A stretch of DNA of 64,000 bases from Candidatus Altimarinota bacterium (GCA_963677745.1 OY782391.1:1-64000); one strand, 5' to 3'. Positions 27,244 through 36,826 are shown, numbered from the stretch's first letter. The notes: generated by a model not told the origin, from the letters alone. A program made the numbers and translations.

Positions 27244-29612
27244 TGTCCCTAATTAATCGGGGAATATTGGGGATAAACGCCAGAAATCTCCTCTATATCT
27301 CACCATTTAATAAAGAAAAAGGCATTGAGATTGCCGATGACAAGATTAAGACCAAGGCCTTCCTTTCAGCCAGGGGCATTCCTGTGCCAAAATTGCTGGG
27401 AGTAATTTCGTCCAGAGTAGAACTTTCCAGATTTCATTTTGGGAAACTTGGCAGTGAATTTGTTCTGAAGCCGAATCTGGGTTTCGGAGGACAGGGGATA
27501 ATCCCAATCGTTAGCAAAAAACATGATTATTTTCTGGATTTTAAAAACAACCAGTATTCACGCGAAGATCTTTCCGAACACATCAGAAACATTCTTAACG
27601 GCAACTTTTCTGTGACGGATAAGCCTGATAAAGCCTTTTTTGAAAAATTGATAATTACCGATGAAATCCTGGGCAAATATTCCTTTGGAGGACTTCCCGA
27701 TATCAGAATAATTGTCCATAATTTAGTGCCTGTCATGGCCATGCTCAGACTCCCCAATAAATTTTCCGAAGGGAAAGCCAATCTTCATCAGGGTGCTTAC
27801 GGAGCCGGTATAGATCTGGCCAAAGGAGAAGTCACCTTCCTGACCCATAATGGGAAAATTATTAAAGAAATCCCGGAAAAAGGCCCACTCAAAGGCCTTA
27901 AAATTCCTTTTTGGGACGATATTCTTAGGATTGCCTGTCAGTCCCAACTGGCCAGTAATCTTGGTTATATGGGGGCCGACATTGCCATCGACAAACATCA
28001 CGGTCCGGTCCTGCTGGAAATCAATGCCAGAGCGGGACTTGGTATCCAGATAGCCAATCTGACACCCCTTCGTAAAAGACTGGAGAAAATCGAGGGTGTA
28101 GATGTCAAAACCATTGAAAAAGGGATCAGGCTGGCCAAAGATATGTTTGGATATTCCATTGAAAAAAACATCAAATCCATCTCCGGCAAAAAAGTGCTGG
28201 GGATCTATGAAAATGTTGAGATACTTCAGCCACACAACCCCTGCACCGGGATTGCCTTTATGAACACTTCCAGAAAAAAAAGCTATATAGGCATTGATCT
28301 GGCCAAAAATCTTGGCTTAATCACCTCCAAAAAGCAAAAAGACCTGGAAAAACTGAAATTTAAACTTAAATTCAAGATCGGTGACAGAAAAATCACTTCC
28401 ATTGTTAAAATAGACAAATATCTCAAAAAAAAGTATCAGGTTGTTTTTGGTAACCGCGACTTGGGCGGACATTTTTTGATAGACACCTCGATTAACAATT
28501 TAATTTCAGAACAAAGAAAAGGGGAGACAAATAGAATTTTTATCACCAATTATGACCCGCTGGAAACCGATCGTCAGCTTTGCAGAATTATCAGCCAGCT
28601 AAAATTTCTAAGCTATTTTAGGCCGCTTAATTTTAACGAGGAATCACATCGTTTTATTTCAGACCGAAGCTATAATCCTCAGTTCGAATATAAGGAGGCT
28701 GGTCTCGATTTTTCACAATTAAACAAGGAACTTTCCCGGATCAAATACGATGATACCGAACTGGGCAGGCTTTTTCACAAAAAAATAATTGAATTGGGCA
28801 GTTTTTTTGAACTGATCAAAGCCCGGGAAAGCGCCGATTTTACTGAATTATCCAAACAAATCTTCGGCAGTCCAAGTGAAGAAGATCTACAAACCATTCG
28901 TGAAACCCGACCGGAAATAGCAGTCTCCCCCAAAAAACAAAAAATAACTTCCCAGGAGCTGAAGGAAATTTTTGAGCAAAAACTCTCTGAGTATGGCTTG
29001 AATGACTGGCGGGTCATTCTTAAAAAACATCTTCTGACGAAGTGCGTGGTAAACCGCAATAAAAGAATAATTATAAAAAATCATTCCAGTTTCAATTTGG
29101 CTCGCGTGGAAGAACTTGTTATCCATGAAATCGATACACACCTGCTAACCAGTGAGAATGGCAGTAGACAGAAATATCAGCTCTTTAATCTCGGATTCAG
29201 TAATTATCTGGAAACGCAGGAAGGCCTGGCGCTTTACAACGTCATCCATTTTGGCAACAAACCGGACGAAGAGAAATATAAAAACATACTTACAGAAGCC
29301 ATTTCCCTAGCCCAAAAAATGTCTTTGTCCGAGCTTTACAGGTTGATTAAATCCAAAAAAATAAGTGACAGGAGCGCGCTTGACATCTGTTTCAGGGTAA
29401 AACGGGGGATCGGGGACACCTCTCTTCCCGGGGCCTTTACCAAGGATTACTGTTATTTTAGCGGCTTGAAAAAAATTGAAACCTTTCTTAATGAAAGCGG
29501 CAACCTGTCAGATCTATATTTTGGCAAATACAGTCTTGATGACCTGCCCCAAATCAAGAACATCAGCTCTTTTAAAACGCCGCCGCTTTTACCCGGCTGG
29601 CTCAAACCATAA
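27243..29612 (+). CDS. Fusion protein: alpha-L-glutamate-ligase-like ATP-grasp + degenerate retropepsin-like domain + DUF1704/QEGLA metallopeptidase
   Basis: GILGINARN..DDKIKTK, GLPDIRIIV, MAMLRLP..GKANLHQG, LLEINARAGLGIQIAN; middle AFMNTS..LAKNLG..YQVVFGNRDL..FLID; C-terminal HEIDTH, TQEGLA, RVKRG..FTKDYCYFSG. Confidence 0.8.
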   Translation: MSLINRGILGINARNLLYISPFNKEKGIEIADDKIKTKAFLSARGIPVPKLLGVISSRVELSRFHFGKLGSEFVLKPNLGFGGQGIIPIVSKKHDYFLDFKNNQYSREDLSEHIRNILNGNFSVTDKPDKAFFEKLIITDEILGKYSFGGLPDIRIIVHNLVPVMAMLRLPNKFSEGKANLHQGAYGAGIDLAKGEVTFLTHNGKIIKEIPEKGPLKGLKIPFWDDILRIACQSQLASNLGYMGADIAIDKHHGPVLLEINARAGLGIQIANLTPLRKRLEKIEGVDVKTIEKGIRLAKDMFGYSIEKNIKSISGKKVLGIYENVEILQPHNPCTGIAFMNTSRKKSYIGIDLAKNLGLITSKKQKDLEKLKFKLKFKIGDRKITSIVKIDKYLKKKYQVVFGNRDLGGHFLIDTSINNLISEQRKGETNRIFITNYDPLETDRQLCRIISQLKFLSYFRPLNFNEESHRFISDRSYNPQFEYKEAGLDFSQLNKELSRIKYDDTELGRLFHKKIIELGSFFELIKARESADFTELSKQIFGSPSEEDLQTIRETRPEIAVSPKKQKITSQELKEIFEQKLSEYGLNDWRVILKKHLLTKCVVNRNKRIIIKNHSSFNLARVEELVIHEIDTHLLTSENGSRQKYQLFNLGFSNYLETQEGLALYNVIHFGNKPDEEKYKNILTEAISLAQKMSLSELYRLIKSKKISDRSALDICFRVKRGIGDTSLPGAFTKDYCYFSGLKKIETFLNESGNLSDLYFGKYSLDDLPQIKNISSFKTPPLLPGWLKP

Positions 29613-30615
29613 ACATGCCGTCTCCAAAGGAGTAAAAGCGGTAATCCCTGCTTTTTGCATATTCATATAGTTTCAGCACATTTTCTCGACCAATGAACGC
29701 GGCCACCAGCATGATTAGTGTGCTTTTGGGCAAATGAAAATTTGTGATCAGGCCTTTTACCACCAGCCATTTGTAGCCTGGTTGAATAAATATGTCAGTC
29801 TGATAATTTCCCGATACAATAGCGCCGAATCTGGAATAGTTATCCTCCAGCACTCGCACCGAAGTAGTACCGACAGCAATTATTCTCCTTTTTTGTGCCA
29901 AATATCCGTTCAGCCTTGCCGCTGTTTCCTGGTCGATTGAATAGGATTCTTCATGCATCTTATGAGCTGTCGAATCGGCAGTTTTTATAGGCATAAAAGT
30001 TCCCAGACCGACGTCCAGCGTCACGAACTCCACCTTCACACCCATTGACTTGATCCGTTTGAGTAACGGTTTCGTGAAATGAAGTCCGGCAGTGGGGGCG
30101 GCTACACTGCCTTCCTGTTTGGAATAAACAGTATTGTATTGTTTTGGCAAAAAATTGCCGCCTTCAATATAGGGAGGAACAGGCATTTCACCGTGTTTTC
30201 TTAAAAAAATCATAAGATCCCGGTCACTGAGATTGATTCTCATCTGTCTGAAACCGTCCTCATCGACTTTTTCCACAGTCAGTATTAAACCATTCTGATC
30301 GTACTGAGCACCTGCCTTGAATCTCTTCCCAGGCCTGACCATGGTTTTCCAGCAATTATTTTGCTTTTCCAAAAAGAAAATTTCCCTTTCCTTGCCATTC
30401 TCCAAAAACTTCAAGCGGGCCGGAAAAACTTTGGTATTATTCAAAACAAGCACATCGCCCGGCTGCAGGAAAGACGGCAGATCATAAAAAAAAGTATCAA
30501 CGGGTTTGTTTGTGTTTTTATCAATAAACAGCATTTTTGCGTGATCCCGCGGTTCTGTGGGAAAATTGGCAATATATTTTTTTGGCAAAACAAAGTTAAA
30601 ATCCTCTACATTCAT
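29602..30615 (-). CDS. queA: tRNA preQ1 S-adenosylmethionine ribosyltransferase-isomerase
   Basis: NNTKVFPARL, GSVAAPTAGLHF, AVGTTSVRVLE, TNFHLPKSTL, YRFYSFGDGM. Confidence 0.96.
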   Translation of the reverse strand: MNVEDFNFVLPKKYIANFPTEPRDHAKMLFIDKNTNKPVDTFFYDLPSFLQPGDVLVLNNTKVFPARLKFLENGKEREIFFLEKQNNCWKTMVRPGKRFKAGAQYDQNGLILTVEKVDEDGFRQMRINLSDRDLMIFLRKHGEMPVPPYIEGGNFLPKQYNTVYSKQEGSVAAPTAGLHFTKPLLKRIKSMGVKVEFVTLDVGLGTFMPIKTADSTAHKMHEESYSIDQETAARLNGYLAQKRRIIAVGTTSVRVLEDNYSRFGAIVSGNYQTDIFIQPGYKWLVVKGLITNFHLPKSTLIMLVAAFIGRENVLKLYEYAKSRDYRFYSFGDGMFMV

Positions 30616-30662
30616 TTTAGTCGATAAGTTGTGGCACTATTTTGAATGTATTTTGAGGGAAA

Positions 30663-31838
30663 TCAAATCTTTTGTTCTGTTCCTTCAGCAATAGCAGCAG
30701 TCCATTTTTCCTGTTTCTGGTCTATCATTGCCTTTCCCGCTGTTCCATCTGCCAGTTTCTTAACGACTACCAGTGTCACATCGTCATCCTGAACATGCTC
30801 CTCCACAAATGTCGAAAAGTCTTTTGCTATATTCTGGATTATGGTAAAAGCATCGTTATTTCCTGCATACAAAGCTACCAGTTCTTTCAGACGGTTTAAT
30901 CCGAACATCTCTCCTTTCATATTCCGGGCCTCGGTAATACCGTCCGTATAAAGTACTATCACATCATCCGTTTCCATTGGGAGCTCCTTTTCCTTAATAA
31001 TCTTGCTGTTATCGGCTACCATGCCCAACGCAATCCCTCCACTGGGAAAGACGTCAATTGTATTGGTTTTAGCTCTGAATACCAGAACATGTTCATGACC
31101 GCACCCCACGTAGGTCATTTTTTTGGACATACCGTCCCATTTCAACATCAACATGCTCATAAACATATTTGACCTGATCCTGGTCTTTAAGCGCCTGTTG
31201 GTTTGCACTACTATGTCATATGAAGTCTCGTAGATCTCAGCGTAAGCGTTAATGAGGGTATTGACCATTGTCATAACAATAGCCGCAGGAATACCATGAC
31301 CGGTTACATCGCCGATGTAAAAATAGGTGGAATTACGAACTTTGATAAAATCCAGATTATCCCCGCCCAGTTCCTCAGCAGATCTGTTTTTTACTGCAAT
31401 ATCAAAATCTTCAATGGTGGGAGCTTTGATCGGAATCAATTCTTTTTGGAGTTGACCGGCAACAACCAGTTCACCGGTTAATTTTTTGCTTTGTTCCAAC
31501 TGATCGGTGACTCTTTCCAGACTGGAGGTAACTTCATTAAAAAAATGCGCGAACACACCTATCTCGTCTGTCCGTTTTGTAAAGATTTTCTTATATCTTC
31601 TGTCGGTAAGAACCGCTTTTATCTGATCCAAAACCAACTTCATCGGTCTGCCAAAATCCCTATAATAAATTATCTCAGCCAAAAACAGCAAAGCAACTCC
31701 TATCACGGCCAATTCCCTCAGAGAAAAAGACTCTATTTTAAAGAAATATACATAACCTGCCACCAAAGCAGTTAAAATCACCACCCCAAGCAGCAGATCT
31801 ATATATATCTTTTTTGTGAGAGCGCCTTTAATTAGCAT
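30663..31838 (-). CDS. Membrane HAMP + SpoIIE/RsbU-type PP2C phosphatase
   Basis: 2 TM helices, HAMP (RTDEIGVFAHFFN), LGGD, IGDVTGHG, GHE, LYTDGITEA, DDVTLVV. Confidence 0.9.
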   Translation of the reverse strand: MLIKGALTKKIYIDLLLGVVILTALVAGYVYFFKIESFSLRELAVIGVALLFLAEIIYYRDFGRPMKLVLDQIKAVLTDRRYKKIFTKRTDEIGVFAHFFNEVTSSLERVTDQLEQSKKLTGELVVAGQLQKELIPIKAPTIEDFDIAVKNRSAEELGGDNLDFIKVRNSTYFYIGDVTGHGIPAAIVMTMVNTLINAYAEIYETSYDIVVQTNRRLKTRIRSNMFMSMLMLKWDGMSKKMTYVGCGHEHVLVFRAKTNTIDVFPSGGIALGMVADNSKIIKEKELPMETDDVIVLYTDGITEARNMKGEMFGLNRLKELVALYAGNNDAFTIIQNIAKDFSTFVEEHVQDDDVTLVVVKKLADGTAGKAMIDQKQEKWTAAIAEGTEQKI

Positions 31839-32193
31839 TTGCTAGCCCTTTTACAAATTCATCCAAAGTTTCATAATAAGCAACCGTCTCAAACAGTCCA
31901 ATTACCTGCAAAACGTCAATTACATTCTTTTTGGCATGTACAATCACCAGCTTCTTATCCTTCGCAGTAAGCTTCTCATTTATTTGCATTAAAACCCCGA
32001 TACTTTCACTGTTTATATATTCAAGTTCAGTAAAATCAAAAACCAGATGGGGCTTATCCACAGTGTCGATAATTTCCGCAATTTCCTTCCTTTTTTCTGT
32101 CAGTCCGTATGAATCCAGGTTCCCGACGAACTCTACAACCCAGTATTTTTCATTATCTTTCTTTATCTTTATTTCCAATGGAGTGTCTAACAT
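31828..32193 (-). CDS. STAS anti-sigma factor antagonist (RsbV/SpoIIAA-like)
   Basis: GNLDSY, LVFDFTELEYINSESIGVL, VIDVLQVIGL. Confidence 0.85.
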   Translation of the reverse strand: MLDTPLEIKIKKDNEKYWVVEFVGNLDSYGLTEKRKEIAEIIDTVDKPHLVFDFTELEYINSESIGVLMQINEKLTAKDKKLVIVHAKKNVIDVLQVIGLFETVAYYETLDEFVKGLANAN

Positions 32194-32253
32194 TTTGGTT
32201 TTATATTAAATTCTATTTATTGTAACACATCTTTTAGGCAATGGAAAGCAATC

Positions 32254-32279
32254 AAAAAAGCCCCCTTTTGTCAGGGGGC
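32254..32279 (-). terminator. Intrinsic terminator of the rpsB-tsf operon
   Basis: Minus strand GCCCCCT-GACAAA-AGGGGGC-TTTTTT. Confidence 0.8.
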
Positions 32280-32294
32280 AATTTTATAAATAAA

Positions 32295-32891
32295 CTAAAT
32301 TTCAAATCGTGCAAATCTGACTATTTTTATATTTTCACCCAACTTACTGATGTACTCTTTTACCAGTGCTTCAACTGTTCGTTCGTTATCTTTCACAAAT
32401 GGCTGTTTACTGAGAGCAAACTCATCTCTGGCGCTTTTTTCTTTGTTTACTAGGATCATTTCAATCTTGTCCTCGGGCTTTCCTTCGGTTTTTAGTTGTT
32501 CCCGCCAGATTTCCTTCTCCTTTTGAATAAACGCGTCGTCAATATCCTCAGGATTAATGGCTTTTGGATTGGTTGCAACAATTTGCATGGCAATATCGTT
32601 CGCCAACTCTAAAAAAACCTCATTTTTAGCAACAAAATCAGTTTCACAAGCCAGTTGAACAAGGGCCCCAACCTTTTTATTGGTATGAATATACGAATAG
32701 ACAACTCCCTGTCCCGTAATTCTGACAGCTTTTTCCGCAGCCTTGGCAATGCCTTTTTTTCTCAGCTCATCAATTGACTTCTGCAGATCGCCTCCATTTT
32801 CTTCCAAAGCCTTTTTACATGCCATCATAGAAGCACCAGTAGCTTCACGAAGTTTCTTAACTTCATCAAGAGATACATTCATCGTTTTCAA
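32295..32891 (-). CDS. tsf: Elongation factor Ts (short form)
   Basis: VKKLREATGASMMACKKAL, LACETDFVA, LGENIKIVRFARF. Confidence 0.95.
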   Translation of the reverse strand: MKTMNVSLDEVKKLREATGASMMACKKALEENGGDLQKSIDELRKKGIAKAAEKAVRITGQGVVYSYIHTNKKVGALVQLACETDFVAKNEVFLELANDIAMQIVATNPKAINPEDIDDAFIQKEKEIWREQLKTEGKPEDKIEMILVNKEKSARDEFALSKQPFVKDNERTVEALVKEYISKLGENIKIVRFARFEI

Positions 32892-32908
32892 TTTATTAAA
32901 TAAAAATA

Positions 32909-33811
32909 TTAACTTACTTTATTCGAATCTTCTGTGTTTTTTGCCTCGTTAGTAGCGGTTGTGCCAGACGCAGGCGCGGTACCACCGGCAGAGGTAGTCA
33001 CATTGCCACTGGCGGAAAGGGAGTCATTTGGCATAGCTGGAGAAACATTTGCAGTTGAAGAGCCCTTCTCCTGCTTCTCCTGTTTTAATGTATCGGCTCT
33101 GTTATCATAGTCAGTCTTGGCAATACCAATTTGCCCGGTAATATTCTCTTTTGAGACTTTCGCCATCATTTCAACTGGAATGATATCTGCTATGCCGCCC
33201 AAAACAGGGATCTTCCACCAGAATCCGGAAAAAGCCAAATACATTGAATAGACACCGATAATCAAGCAACCCAACGGTACCAGTCCAAGCAGGAAAGCCA
33301 TAAACTGACCGATTACTCCGAAAAGTGAAACGATCGCCGCCAGCATGCCCACAAAGAAAAACAAAATTGCGAGCAGTAATCCCTGTTTCGAATGTAGCCT
33401 TACATAGGCACTGTCCGGCTTAATGATAATTGAAATTATTGAAACAAAAGGTATATAGGCGATAGCGGCATAAACTTTTTCTTCTTTAGACACGGGAGGC
33501 TGTGCAGCTTTCTGATCGGTAACGGAACTAAACATCTTTCCGACTGCCGAGCCCACTTGACTGGCTCCTGCCTGTCCCAGGTTTTGAATTTGATTAACTC
33601 CTGCTTTTCCCAGGTCTTTAACCTGTTGTCCGGCCTCATTGCCTACATTTTGGACCTGATTTTTCATAGCATCTCCGATTTCTGCAGTTTTCTCACCAGC
33701 AGCCTTTGAAACGTCCTGTACTGATGATTTTACTTCATCTTTTACCGATGTACCGGCGTTCGCACCTTGATCCGCATTAGCCTGCTGTTGCCCGTTATTA
33801 TCATTTTGCAT
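32909..33811 (-). CDS. DUF4870/Tic20-like membrane protein with amphipathic 11-mer N-terminal repeats
   Basis: EEKVYAAIAYIPF..YVRLHSKQGL..AFSGFWWKIPVLG; N-terminal QVQNVGNEAGQ/QVKDLGKAGVN/QIQNLGQAGAS. Confidence 0.65.
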   Translation of the reverse strand: MQNDNNGQQQANADQGANAGTSVKDEVKSSVQDVSKAAGEKTAEIGDAMKNQVQNVGNEAGQQVKDLGKAGVNQIQNLGQAGASQVGSAVGKMFSSVTDQKAAQPPVSKEEKVYAAIAYIPFVSIISIIIKPDSAYVRLHSKQGLLLAILFFFVGMLAAIVSLFGVIGQFMAFLLGLVPLGCLIIGVYSMYLAFSGFWWKIPVLGGIADIIPVEMMAKVSKENITGQIGIAKTDYDNRADTLKQEKQEKGSSTANVSPAMPNDSLSASGNVTTSAGGTAPASGTTATNEAKNTEDSNKVS

Positions 33812-33834
33812 AACGATATTTGTTACTTTTATGA

Positions 33835-34524
33835 TTATTTTTTAGCCCCTTTACCTTCAATTACCGCGCTTTTTACGGCATTTATTACATATGTAATCGA
33901 TGACAAAGCATCATCATTGGCAGGAATTGGATAATCTACACCATCCGGATCGGCATTTGAGTCGGTGATAGCTATCACTTTGATCTTCATCTTATTTGCT
34001 TCATTCACAATAATCCGGTCTCTGACAACATCGGCAATAAAAACAACCGCGGGTAGTCTGTCCAGTTCCCGTACCCCGCCGAAGGCATCCTGTAATTTTA
34101 CCAGCTCTTTTTTTATTCTGGCAATTTCCTTCTTGGTGAATTTTTCCAGTTCACCGGTTTTTTCCTGATCAAGCAAATCATTAAAATACTTAATCCGCTT
34201 CTTGATAGTGGAAAAATTCGTAAATAACCCCGGCATCCATTTATTGACAACATAGGGCATACCGGTTTCTTTGGCAGCATCCATAATCAGTTTTGCCGCC
34301 TGTGGTTTTGTACTCGCCAGCATAATGGTTTTACCGCCGGCGGAAGACTGGCGGATAAATTCCAGAGCATTTTCCATGGCAACTGCCGTCTTCTCCAGAT
34401 CAAATATATGAATTCCGTTTTTGGAACCATATAAAAATGGCTTCATTTTCGGGTTCCATCTTTGCGTTTGGTGACCGAAATGCATAGCCGCATCCATCAT
34501 TTCCTTAATAGAATCTTTTGACAT
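33835..34524 (-). CDS. rpsB: 30S ribosomal protein S2
   Basis: AAMHFGHQTQRWNPKMKPF, KWMPGLFTNF, DSNADP..VDYPIPANDD. Confidence 0.97.
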   Translation of the reverse strand: MSKDSIKEMMDAAMHFGHQTQRWNPKMKPFLYGSKNGIHIFDLEKTAVAMENALEFIRQSSAGGKTIMLASTKPQAAKLIMDAAKETGMPYVVNKWMPGLFTNFSTIKKRIKYFNDLLDQEKTGELEKFTKKEIARIKKELVKLQDAFGGVRELDRLPAVVFIADVVRDRIIVNEANKMKIKVIAITDSNADPDGVDYPIPANDDALSSITYVINAVKSAVIEGKGAKK

Positions 34525-34544
34525 ATATCCTTTTGGTTAATTTA

Positions 34545-34605
34545 TCCCTTCCTCTTGCGCATTGCCACTGGTACAACCAATGGAGGATTTCGCAATCTGG
34601 AGATA
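34545..34605 (-). promoter_or_regulatory. Structured rpsB 5' leader (possible S2 autoregulatory element)
   Basis: Minus-strand hairpin CCATTGGT-TGT-ACCAGTGG enclosed by TTGCG/CGCAA just upstream of rpsB. Confidence 0.4.
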
Positions 34606-34674
34606 AACTTGAAATAAAACATTACGAATTTATTATAACTGCATCAGAAAAGCAAGTTTTTCACCTCAGGGCTT

Positions 34675-34703
34675 TTGACATTTAAGGCCTAAACTGATAT
34701 TAT
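34675..34703 (+). promoter_or_regulatory. Sigma70 promoter
   Basis: TTGACA-17 nt-TATTAT with an extended -10 TG. Confidence 0.7.
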
Positions 34704-34732
34704 ATTATGAATAAATAGGCAAAATCATATAT

Positions 34733-35314
34733 ATGATGTTACCAAGCGGATCCAGCAAAGCGGATCCTAAAAATCAAGACCAGGGCGGCCGGCAGGGCCC
34801 ACCAGCCCCCAAAGTAGTTGAAATTACCATCACCCTGCCCACCAATGCCTATTTTTTGTCGGGTATAAGGGATTTTACGCTAAAATTGATCAAAAATATG
34901 ACCGATTTCAGTGAACAATGGGCTTATCGTTTCCAGTCGATTGTGGATGAACTATGTAACAATGCCATTGAACACGGATCAAAAGAAGGTGAAACCATCA
35001 AAATTATCTTTCAGAATGCTGCCAAAGACTATATTCAGATCATAGTGGAAGATACCGGCACAGGCAGCCATCCGCTTAAAGCTGCTGATATTTCCAAAAT
35101 TGTCAATGAACGTAAAAACCAGACTTTGCTAAACGGTTTGATTCGGGGCAGGGGATTACCTAAAATCGTCGCCGAATGGACTGATGAACTGGAATTTACC
35201 GACAATGAAAAAGGCGGACTGAGAGTCAGAGTGAAAAAATTCCTCAACGACCCCAAACTTAAACAAAACACTGGTGGCGGTCTTGAAAATCAGTCGCACA
35301 TCGTGCTTAATTAA
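34733..35314 (+). CDS. RsbW/SpoIIAB-like anti-sigma factor Ser kinase (HATPase_c)
   Basis: VDELCNNAIEHG (N box), VEDTGTG (G1), RGRGL (G2). Confidence 0.85.
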   Translation: MMLPSGSSKADPKNQDQGGRQGPPAPKVVEITITLPTNAYFLSGIRDFTLKLIKNMTDFSEQWAYRFQSIVDELCNNAIEHGSKEGETIKIIFQNAAKDYIQIIVEDTGTGSHPLKAADISKIVNERKNQTLLNGLIRGRGLPKIVAEWTDELEFTDNEKGGLRVRVKKFLNDPKLKQNTGGGLENQSHIVLN

Positions 35315-35349
35315 ATTAAATAATAAATAATTAACAAACAGAAAAAAGT

Positions 35350-35721
35350 ATGACAGACATAAACATAATCATTGAGGATTTACCGGTAAGCAGCGGCGAT
35401 AAAATAGCCAAAATTGTAACCTTCAAAGGACAGTTGGACGAAACCAATGTCGACGAGAAATCAAAAATAATCTACTCGCTGATCGAGCAGAATCCCAAAA
35501 ATCTGAATATTCTGATGGATTTGGAGGGACTTGAATACATGAACAGCAAATCAATTGGTTATTTGACTGACTGGTACAGTAAAATCTCCGAAGGAGGAGG
35601 TAAAATTGTGATAGCAAAAGCCAGACCTAACATCCTGGACATACTGGAGGTGGTCGGCCTCACACAGCTGATTACCTGTTACCCAAGCCAGGACGAAGCC
35701 AAACTTGCCTTAGTTTCATAA
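35350..35721 (+). CDS. STAS anti-sigma factor antagonist
   Basis: GQLDETN, LMDLEGLEYMNSKSIGYL, ILDILEVVGL. Confidence 0.85.
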   Translation: MTDINIIIEDLPVSSGDKIAKIVTFKGQLDETNVDEKSKIIYSLIEQNPKNLNILMDLEGLEYMNSKSIGYLTDWYSKISEGGGKIVIAKARPNILDILEVVGLTQLITCYPSQDEAKLALVS

Positions 35722-35728
35722 ACTATCC

Positions 35729-36826
35729 ATGCCCCATTTTGAACCACTATATCTGGTTTATGGCGGACTGGCTCTTCTCCCGGCTATTATCTGGTTGGTA
35801 GTTCTGTATTCCAAACAGAGCAACAAAAAATACCAGATCCTGATCTTTCTCCTCGGCACCCTGACTGTGATACCGATTTTTCTGATCCAGTATTTATTTA
35901 CGCTTGTCCCCCAGATTGACTTAGTTACGTTTGCCAATGAGCATGTCACCAATCCGCATTTAAACTTTCTGATTTTATATGCCTGGGTGGCGGTAACGGA
36001 GGAAATTGTGAAACAATGGATGATTCGTTATCTGGACAGCAAGTTTTTGATTGTTCAGACCATTAATGATTCAATTCAATACAGTCTGGTCTCGGCTCTG
36101 GGATTTTCCTTTGCTGAAAATATCTTCTATTTCTATCAGATTGGTACCCAGGCGGGGATAGCCCCCTTATTGGTTGCCTATTTCTTCCGCTCAATTTTTA
36201 CCACTTGTGGACACCTGGTATTTTCGGGCTTTTTTGGATATTTTTACGGAATTGCCAAGTTTTCGATAAGCATTGTTGAACATAGCAATCTTCAGGGGAA
36301 AAAAATGTGGTTTTCCCGCCTTATCGGAAGAGTTTTGAATATTTCACGCATCCAGGCCTATCAGGAAACTACAATCCTGAAAGGACTCTTCACGGCGATT
36401 ATAGTTCACATGATTTTCAATTATTCCTTGGAAATGAATAATTACACCGGTAACTCCCTGTTTATCGGTTTTGCAGCCATATTTATAATTGTATGTTACC
36501 TGATACTGCGAAAAATTCTCAAACATCGTGCCGGTAGTTTGATACTGATCGAGGAACCGGAGGAACACCGCACTTCAACTATGGCAAAAACGGACGAAGA
36601 GGTAGTAATAGAATTACTCGGAATGTGGTTTAACAAAGGAAAATTCGTTGATGTGATGCATATTTGTGAGCGATTGCTGAAGCGCGATCCAAACAACAAG
36701 ATTGTGCAGTTGTTTAAAGCCAAAGCCATGGATCAGATGGAACAGGGGAATCCTTACAAAACGGTATTATCCAAAATGTTTCCGGACGATCAAAACAAAA
36801 ATGCTAATGCTGGGCCGCAAAAGTGA
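35729..36826 (+). CDS. PrsW-family intramembrane protease with C-terminal TPR-like helix pair
   Basis: TEEIVK, ALGFSFAENIFY, GHLVFSG, VHMIFN; C-terminal CERLLKRDPNN. Confidence 0.85.
   Translation: MPHFEPLYLVYGGLALLPAIIWLVVLYSKQSNKKYQILIFLLGTLTVIPIFLIQYLFTLVPQIDLVTFANEHVTNPHLNFLILYAWVAVTEEIVKQWMIRYLDSKFLIVQTINDSIQYSLVSALGFSFAENIFYFYQIGTQAGIAPLLVAYFFRSIFTTCGHLVFSGFFGYFYGIAKFSISIVEHSNLQGKKMWFSRLIGRVLNISRIQAYQETTILKGLFTAIIVHMIFNYSLEMNNYTGNSLFIGFAAIFIIVCYLILRKILKHRAGSLILIEEPEEHRTSTMAKTDEEVVIELLGMWFNKGKFVDVMHICERLLKRDPNNKIVQLFKAKAMDQMEQGNPYKTVLSKMFPDDQNKNANAGPQK

Noticed and set aside
32295-32891. Short EF-Ts as a truncation
   Set aside because: EF-Ts of about 200 aa is a known natural form; both terminal motifs and a terminator are present.
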